DNA of 39,931 nt from a virus (lineage: Duplodnaviria > Caudoviricetes), in IMG/VR virus record IMGVR_UViG_3300032212_000056, positions 1 to 39,931 of that record, one strand, 5' to 3'. Shown one piece after another: positions 34,443 to 39,931 of this stretch. Position 1 is the stretch's first letter. Each line of letters starts with the position of its first letter. A program made the translations under genes and the position numbers. The notes under the pieces were generated by a model. It saw only the letters and a program-made list of their open reading frames with translations, was not told the DNA's origin and searched no databases.

Positions 34443-34581
34443 TGCTCTCGTGACGATCATCGGATGCACTCAGACTCGCATGACTGTTACCAAGGAAGGC
34501 GAGCCGACCAAGTACGTCACGATCGACTCCAACCTGCTCACAGGAACCACAGACATCGAGGTGTCTGACTCACGCCCATGA
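34342..34581 (+). CDS. Small putative lipoprotein (start uncertain, probably downstream)
   Basis: RRLLFLSALVTIIG-C lipobox-like; ATGA coupling to the next gene. Confidence 0.45.
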   Translation: MEWTQLASQCMPSINKPKTLAEHFVLLRRLLFLSALVTIIGCTQTRMTVTKEGEPTKYVTIDSNLLTGTTDIEVSDSRP

Positions 34582-35735
34582 GATTCCATCACTGGCTCCA
34601 AGCCCCTCCCCGCCATCCCATCTGGTCGAACCCTCAGTACATGCCTGCGGTCCGCTTCGAGTTCAGCCGTCTGGACTTCCTGAACCCTCGCCAAGCTGCG
34701 GGCAAGACCGCAGAACTCATCGGCGATCTATCGGATCAGATGTCCGATTGGGATCGACGGCTCGAAGACTACATGCTCGTGCCCGAGGGTATCTGCAATG
34801 TCTACATGCCCATGACCAGAGATCCGGTCGACGACTCCGTCCTGTTCTGCGAGTCAGGAGTCAAGCGGTGGCGAGGCTGGAGCAAGATGTACTTCTACGA
34901 GTTGGCGAGTATCCTCGACAGCTTGGGCCTTGCGTTTCCCTCAATGCTGTACTGCGATGTAGTAGGTCCTGATCTAACCAAGGACGAAGGCAGGTGGTGG
35001 TCGAAGGAGTACAACGACGAGCGATCCTTCCGGGTCAAGTTTACGAATGAAGATCAGACGCTGAGGCTCTGGTTGAATCACCTGCAGACGATAGAGAAGC
35101 GATCTACGGTTGGACTAGATCCGGATGTAGGGTATTGGCATCTCAACAACTCGTGGTTCCGTTCGATGATCGAGCGAGCAGGAGCTGCGGGGCTTGACTG
35201 GAACATGGAGCGTGCGGTGTACAGCATTGCACGCAGGCACTTCGACAACATCGTCTGCGTGACCCGAGGGATGAACTCCGGGTACTGGAGACGAACGCAC
35301 ACAGACATGCTCTCAACAGTGTTGCTGCAGCACGCAGACACAAGTGCTCCTGATCTGTGCCCGGTGGATGAGTCGATGTGCAGCCGATCATTCCCCGCTG
35401 ATTGGTTTATGAAGCTGAGCCTTACTTCTTCGATCTCTGCGATCGCGGACATCGAGAACATCTCAGCGTCGATCGCAGCTCGAACGCTTCACGACTGCCC
35501 TCACAGGAATCCAATACCTCTGATCGACCTCCCCGGCAACATGACCAAGACACGGCTTCATGGAGGGCGTCAGATATACAAGACCCGCACGAAGTACATG
35601 AATCGGCTGATGGGCATCGTCCGCGAGAACGACTGCACCGATGCAGTGCTGTGGACGGATCAGGAGAGACTGCATGTGTCTGAGTGGGATCAGATGCACC
35701 GATCGCTAGGAGACTCTGAGGTCGAGGCTCACTGA
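34578..35735 (+). CDS. Hypothetical protein, possible glycoside hydrolase-like TIM barrel
   Basis: 385 aa; Trp-rich; terminal TDAVLW strand like the two left-arm GH-like proteins. Confidence 0.6.
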   Translation: MRFHHWLQAPPRHPIWSNPQYMPAVRFEFSRLDFLNPRQAAGKTAELIGDLSDQMSDWDRRLEDYMLVPEGICNVYMPMTRDPVDDSVLFCESGVKRWRGWSKMYFYELASILDSLGLAFPSMLYCDVVGPDLTKDEGRWWSKEYNDERSFRVKFTNEDQTLRLWLNHLQTIEKRSTVGLDPDVGYWHLNNSWFRSMIERAGAAGLDWNMERAVYSIARRHFDNIVCVTRGMNSGYWRRTHTDMLSTVLLQHADTSAPDLCPVDESMCSRSFPADWFMKLSLTSSISAIADIENISASIAARTLHDCPHRNPIPLIDLPGNMTKTRLHGGRQIYKTRTKYMNRLMGIVRENDCTDAVLWTDQERLHVSEWDQMHRSLGDSEVEAH

Positions 35736-36251
35736 CGCACGAGCGTTCAGGTTCTCTGCTCCGATGAGGTCCTTCATCAGCTTCCTGAACTCCCTCTGGA
35801 CGATCTCCCCGGCTTGAGCCCTGAATCCAGTCATGCCTCCCGTGTTCGAGAAGAACGGCGTAGGACGGACTCCAGCGACGCGAGAGCGAACGATGATGTG
35901 TCCTTGCTTGCGAGCCTCCCGGAACTGATCCTTGGTCAAGCTCCTCTTGTTGCGATACCTGTTGGGAGTCCTGCCTGCATTGAGTCGAGGATCGAGCTTG
36001 GGATTCTTGAACCAGATCATGTTCTTGCCGACGATCGGTCCTCGCCCATCGTGGTAGTAGAGAGCCCAGTACGGGTCCACGTAGAGGTATCCCTTGGTGG
36101 AACTCTGAACGACCGCCTTCATGTCGTCGGCGACCTGTCGAGAGACGTGGGCACCTCCTCGACGCAGGATGTACCTGCGGGATCGCTTGCGTCCTGCGTT
36201 CAGCAGCTCACGCATCAACCTGTCTTGGAATCGCTCAATCTCTGACGCCAA
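35706..36251 (-). CDS. Neck/tail-completion protein (HK97 gp10-like)
   Basis: YWALYYHDGRGPI and VAGVRPTPFF; basic; downstream of the portal. Confidence 0.6.
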   Translation of the reverse strand: MASEIERFQDRLMRELLNAGRKRSRRYILRRGGAHVSRQVADDMKAVVQSSTKGYLYVDPYWALYYHDGRGPIVGKNMIWFKNPKLDPRLNAGRTPNRYRNKRSLTKDQFREARKQGHIIVRSRVAGVRPTPFFSNTGGMTGFRAQAGEIVQREFRKLMKDLIGAENLNARASVSLDLRVS

Positions 36252-36432
36252 GGACTACCTTCTTTCCGTTGCACTCAGGGCACGGAATCGGATGACCAGT
36301 GCTCGGCTGCAGAGCAGGCACTCCGTTGAGTCCCATCGTGCGAACAGCTGTCGTCGCAGGACACGGAACGTGTCCCTTGCCGTCACACTCGGGGCAAGTC
36401 ATCAGATTTGATTCAGTAGCCAGCTTGAGCAT
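36235..36432 (-). CDS. Small zinc-finger protein (DnaJ-type CxxCxGxG repeats)
   Basis: CPECDGKG and CPECNGKK; TAATG coupling to the portal. Confidence 0.65.
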   Translation of the reverse strand: MLKLATESNLMTCPECDGKGHVPCPATTAVRTMGLNGVPALQPSTGHPIPCPECNGKKVVLGVRD

Positions 36433-37910
36433 TAGTCTTTCATTCCTTCGTCGAGATCTCTGCCCTCTGCGTTCGCTTCGGGAAGGGGCTGGTGCATACG
36501 TCCGATCTTGTCCATCTTGTCGGGATCTAGGTCGTCCGTGACGGTCTTGTATGTGAAGTCTTCTGGCTCAAGCCCGAGCCCTGCGTCCTTGGTGCCCAGC
36601 GTTCTCGCCAGAGTAGACTGAAACAGTCTCTGCATCTGTCCGATCACGAGCGACTGGAACGCGATGAGGGCTTGGCTCAGCTCGTTCGTTGCTCCGAGCT
36701 TGCCGGGGATCTGAATGCCCGCGAGTAGAGGAGGAGTCTTGTGGGCTGTCACGACAGACAACGCGATGGTTTCTTTGAGCGACTTGAAGTCCTCCTCCTT
36801 ACCTCCCTCGACAGCGAGCTTGAACAGCTGGATAGTGATGTCCTTCTGAGGAATGTTGACCGCCAAGCTCTTGTGCGAGTTGCCGTGACCGATGTTCGCT
36901 TTGATTGCATCGGTGATGGTCGTCCACTCTTTCTTGCCCAGCTTGCCTCCGGTGATAAACAACATGAACTCGGGAACGCCCCTGTTGTTGAAGAAGTCGA
37001 ACTTGAACTGGTGAAGCATCTGACACAGCTCGATCATGGGCACCGCACTGATCCAGTCAGGAGAGCCGTACCACTTCGATCGAGATGAAGGGCGACGGAA
37101 GTGAATCACCTCGGAGATCTCGTCGGGGTTCTCTGTCTTCAACTCGATCATGGAAGAATCCTTCGCTCTGCGAATGAAGTCCTCCTTGTCACCGAACGCT
37201 GCGAACACTCGGTCTCCCGTAGTGCCCTCGCCTTGGATCACGTAATGGAACTTGTGGTTGTTGCTCTCTACCCGGATGTGAGTGTCAACGGACGGCAGGA
37301 AGTGGAGGCCCTTGATCTCTTTCCCCTTGCGTACCACCTCGACATATCCGTTGCCTGTCTCCCAGAAGTCTTCGCACGCATCCATCTGCACATCGTTCCA
37401 TGAGATTGCACAAAGAGGATCGAGAGCATCGTCGGCTTTCGATGGCTGGTAGATGGGCATTGACGGAGGGGCTTCCGGCTGTGCGGGTGCTGCACCTTCT
37501 GCTGTGGGAGCAGGCTGGACTGCAGGAATAGGATTCTGCTTGCGTTCCTTCTCTGCTTCGTTGAGGTATCCCAGCCCGACTGTCGCCGAAGTCTTTGCGT
37601 GTATGCACGTCGAGTGGTGTTCGTTGTAGTCCTTGAGGAGCTTGAGTGCAGGGAAGTTGAAGGGATGAGTCTTCAACCCGATGTTCACTCCCTGAGCAGA
37701 CTCTCCTCCAGCGGGCACCATCTCTTTCTGGAGAAGTGCCATCATCGAATCCCCTTGAGGATTGTGCATCAGCTCCCCGTACAGGTTGGTACGGTCGTGC
37801 TTGACTACCAAAGTCATCGACTGAGAGTCGTGATCTTCGAGGATTTCAACGTTGGACTTATCCAGATCGGCAAGCATTGACGGCAGGTTTTCGATTGATT
37901 CTTCTGACAT
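36432..37910 (-). CDS. Portal protein, PBSX/P2 gpQ family
   Basis: HHSTCIHAK, DFWETGNGYVE, EVIHF, WYGSPDW, FFNNRGVP, AHKTPPLLAGI. Confidence 0.9.
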   Translation of the reverse strand: MSEESIENLPSMLADLDKSNVEILEDHDSQSMTLVVKHDRTNLYGELMHNPQGDSMMALLQKEMVPAGGESAQGVNIGLKTHPFNFPALKLLKDYNEHHSTCIHAKTSATVGLGYLNEAEKERKQNPIPAVQPAPTAEGAAPAQPEAPPSMPIYQPSKADDALDPLCAISWNDVQMDACEDFWETGNGYVEVVRKGKEIKGLHFLPSVDTHIRVESNNHKFHYVIQGEGTTGDRVFAAFGDKEDFIRRAKDSSMIELKTENPDEISEVIHFRRPSSRSKWYGSPDWISAVPMIELCQMLHQFKFDFFNNRGVPEFMLFITGGKLGKKEWTTITDAIKANIGHGNSHKSLAVNIPQKDITIQLFKLAVEGGKEEDFKSLKETIALSVVTAHKTPPLLAGIQIPGKLGATNELSQALIAFQSLVIGQMQRLFQSTLARTLGTKDAGLGLEPEDFTYKTVTDDLDPDKMDKIGRMHQPLPEANAEGRDLDEGMKD

Positions 37911-38000
37911 TTTGGTATTTCTCCGCTTTGTTTGGATAGATACACCCTTGGGTGAGTTGACCGACTTGCGAATCGTCTGTTCATAGTATACCGTATTTTC

Positions 38001-39356
38001 ATGGATCTACCTACCCGCCATCTCGACGAATCCACAGAAGCGTACGCACAGCGTCTCCTGCGGCATAAAGGTGCCCGGAAGATGTGGCCCTCAGCCGAAG
38101 ATCGCTTGAGAGGATGCTACGCATACCTCCGCAAGACTACCGGCTCAGCTGTCGTCAAGGCCTCTGCCACAGAGAACAACTCCAGTAAGCGTCGAATCAA
38201 GAAGGCCCGCATCGACTTCATCTCTCTCGTGCCCAGAGGAGCGAACCAGCTTCCGGTCTTGTACAAGAGCGACGAATCTCGCATCGCCATCCAGACTCTT
38301 TTCAAGGGGGACATTGATCACGGGGAAGTAACCGCGATCGTGTACGCTCCAGAGAAGCGGGACTCCCAAGGGGACATCGCCTCGGCAGACGTCATCAAAG
38401 AGATGGCTGCAGACTTCCTCCGTCGAGGCGGGGAGATCGACATCCGGCACAATGGCAAAGCACTCAGCAAAGAGGACGTGTACATCGCCGAGTCATTCAT
38501 CGTGCAGAAAGGCGACGCACGCTTTGCAGACATGAAGGACTACAGCGGGGACCCTGTCGGAGACATGACAGGATCATGGGCAGTCGTCCTCAAGATCGAG
38601 AACGAGCAGCTTCGAGACCTCTACCGTGAAGGCAAGTGGGAAGGCGTCTCGATGGCAGGGCCTGCCGAGGTGGACTTCACCGAGAAGGAAGACACAACGC
38701 AAGACATCCTGAGCCTTGACTTGTCTAAGGCGAATGGAACAAAGAACCAACGACTGCTGCAAAGCATCGCATCCCATCTGGGCTTGTCAAACCCGACAGC
38801 GTACCAGAGCATTACACTCTCAGGAGAAATAGACATGACACCAGAACAGCTGGCAAAGGCTATCACGGATGGAAACGCCCCACTGTTGGAGGGCATCCAG
38901 AAGTCGAACACCGAACTGCTCACCAAGGCAGGACTCATCAAAGAAGACGGCACGCCCGTCGAGCAGAAGCCTGCAGCTGCAGCCCCTGCTGTCGAGGAAA
39001 CCACTGTCGAGAAGGCAGAGCTTCCTGCGTTCACTGGCGACATCACCGATGAAGCTGCTGTCCGCAAGTACGAGTATGACTGCAAGAAGTCCGAACTTGA
39101 GTCGGGCATCGACCGCACGAAGGTCGAGTCCATCAAGAAGGGTGCCGAAGCACTCGTCGCTCTCAACAAAGAGTACGAGGACATCCTCACCACTACTGAG
39201 GAGACCACTGAGGTTCGGAAGCAGGAAGCAGCTGCATCGAACGCTCCTCAGTTCGACGGCAACTCGACGCAGCTCACCAAGCAGGAACAGAAATGTACTG
39301 ACATCGGATTGGCAATGGCTGGTGAAGTCAATACCAACCGAGGATTCGGGACCTGA
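38001..39356 (+). CDS. XkdF-like prohead protease / scaffold
   Basis: ISLVPRGAN, VYAPEKRDSQGD, IDIRH, AESFI, GSWAV, GKWEGVSMAG; acidic helical C-terminus. Confidence 0.85.
   Translation: MDLPTRHLDESTEAYAQRLLRHKGARKMWPSAEDRLRGCYAYLRKTTGSAVVKASATENNSSKRRIKKARIDFISLVPRGANQLPVLYKSDESRIAIQTLFKGDIDHGEVTAIVYAPEKRDSQGDIASADVIKEMAADFLRRGGEIDIRHNGKALSKEDVYIAESFIVQKGDARFADMKDYSGDPVGDMTGSWAVVLKIENEQLRDLYREGKWEGVSMAGPAEVDFTEKEDTTQDILSLDLSKANGTKNQRLLQSIASHLGLSNPTAYQSITLSGEIDMTPEQLAKAITDGNAPLLEGIQKSNTELLTKAGLIKEDGTPVEQKPAAAAPAVEETTVEKAELPAFTGDITDEAAVRKYEYDCKKSELESGIDRTKVESIKKGAEALVALNKEYEDILTTTEETTEVRKQEAAASNAPQFDGNSTQLTKQEQKCTDIGLAMAGEVNTNRGFGT
38835..39356 (+). CDS. Probable nested scaffold protein
   Basis: In-frame ATG (MTPEQLAKAI) behind an AGGAG RBS at the protease/scaffold boundary. 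Confidence 0.5.
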   Translation: MTPEQLAKAITDGNAPLLEGIQKSNTELLTKAGLIKEDGTPVEQKPAAAAPAVEETTVEKAELPAFTGDITDEAAVRKYEYDCKKSELESGIDRTKVESIKKGAEALVALNKEYEDILTTTEETTEVRKQEAAASNAPQFDGNSTQLTKQEQKCTDIGLAMAGEVNTNRGFGT

Positions 39357-39408
39357 TCTCCTGCCAGTAGCAGGAACGTAACCACACTCTGTCCATAGGA
39401 GATTCCAA

Positions 39409-39816
39409 ATGGCAACGCAGAAGACAGAACTTTTCGAGAGCCGATCAGGTCTCAGCTCGCAGCTGCGAGTCGAAGCCCTCACGATCCAACCCCGCAAGTT
39501 TGCAACAGGCAGCGGGACTCTCGCCCAACTCACCCCTGTTGCATTCAACACCAGCACCTTGAAGTACGTGCCTTGGGACCAAGACGGCTCCAACGGTACG
39601 AACGTCATCGAAGGCTTCGTATGGCCCGACGCGATCGTTCTCGATGGCTCGGACGAAGTGCTCGGCAATGTCCTCCTTGGTGGCAAGCTCCACTTCGATG
39701 ACCTGCCAGCAGCAACCGACGTGGACGCAAACGCGACCGCCGCAGGTTGGAACGCAGCCCTTCGTGCAGCAAAGACTTTCGGCCTGTATGTCGAAGGTGT
39801 ACCAGCAGACGTCTAA
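39409..39816 (+). CDS. Head decoration protein (lambda gpD-like)
   Basis: GSGTLAQLTPV...YVPWDQDGSNGT; position between scaffold and capsid. Confidence 0.75.
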   Translation: MATQKTELFESRSGLSSQLRVEALTIQPRKFATGSGTLAQLTPVAFNTSTLKYVPWDQDGSNGTNVIEGFVWPDAIVLDGSDEVLGNVLLGGKLHFDDLPAATDVDANATAAGWNAALRAAKTFGLYVEGVPADV

Positions 39817-39865
39817 GCGTCCGCATTCACTCTGACCCTGAACCCTCTCTCAAAGGAGCAAAGAA

Positions 39866-39931
39866 ATGACCATTCCAGAGCTTGAGTGGCGGACCCTGAC
39901 TACAGCCGTCAACTCAATCAAGTCACCCAAT
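39866..39931 (+). CDS. Major capsid protein, N-terminus only (lambda gpE-like), truncated by window
   Basis: AAAGGAG RBS; MTIPELEWRTLTTAVNSIKSPN; synteny after the decoration gene. Confidence 0.65.
   Translation, partial: MTIPELEWRTLTTAVNSIKSPN

Noticed and set aside
1-39931. Stop-codon reassignment, integrase, or reverse transcriptase/DGR
   Set aside because: Genes are intact in the standard code and use all three stops; no recombinase or RT motifs were seen in this window

Overview
This is a ~40 kb piece of a tailed dsDNA phage genome (Caudoviricetes). No integrase is visible in the window. The left arm (minus strand, 110-11490) carries a large terminase, lysis-like membrane and lipoprotein genes, and SGNH-, LamG- and glycoside-hydrolase-like proteins. 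A 1.3 kb non-coding hub follows (about 11500-12850) with divergent promoters, a precisely dyad-symmetric origin-like structure and several repeat families. Next is a rightward early region in which six genes each sit behind a copy of a conserved structured leader; one of these genes is a polyvalent adenine methyltransferase. The replication module comprises a primase-helicase, a Cas4-like nuclease with a nested internal gene, an SF2 helicase, an SSB, a family A polymerase, an H1-like protein and a RuvC-like resolvase. A tRNA-like RNA with an aberrant anticodon arm abuts the resolvase start. The head module has a PBSX-type portal divergent from an XkdF-type protease/scaffold, a decoration protein and the start of a lambda gpE-like capsid gene. 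The most notable items are the repeat-delimited early gene-cassette array, the symmetric hub, the tRNA mimic and the nested promoter-driven gene. All protein calls come from motif recognition by eye; no database searches were run.
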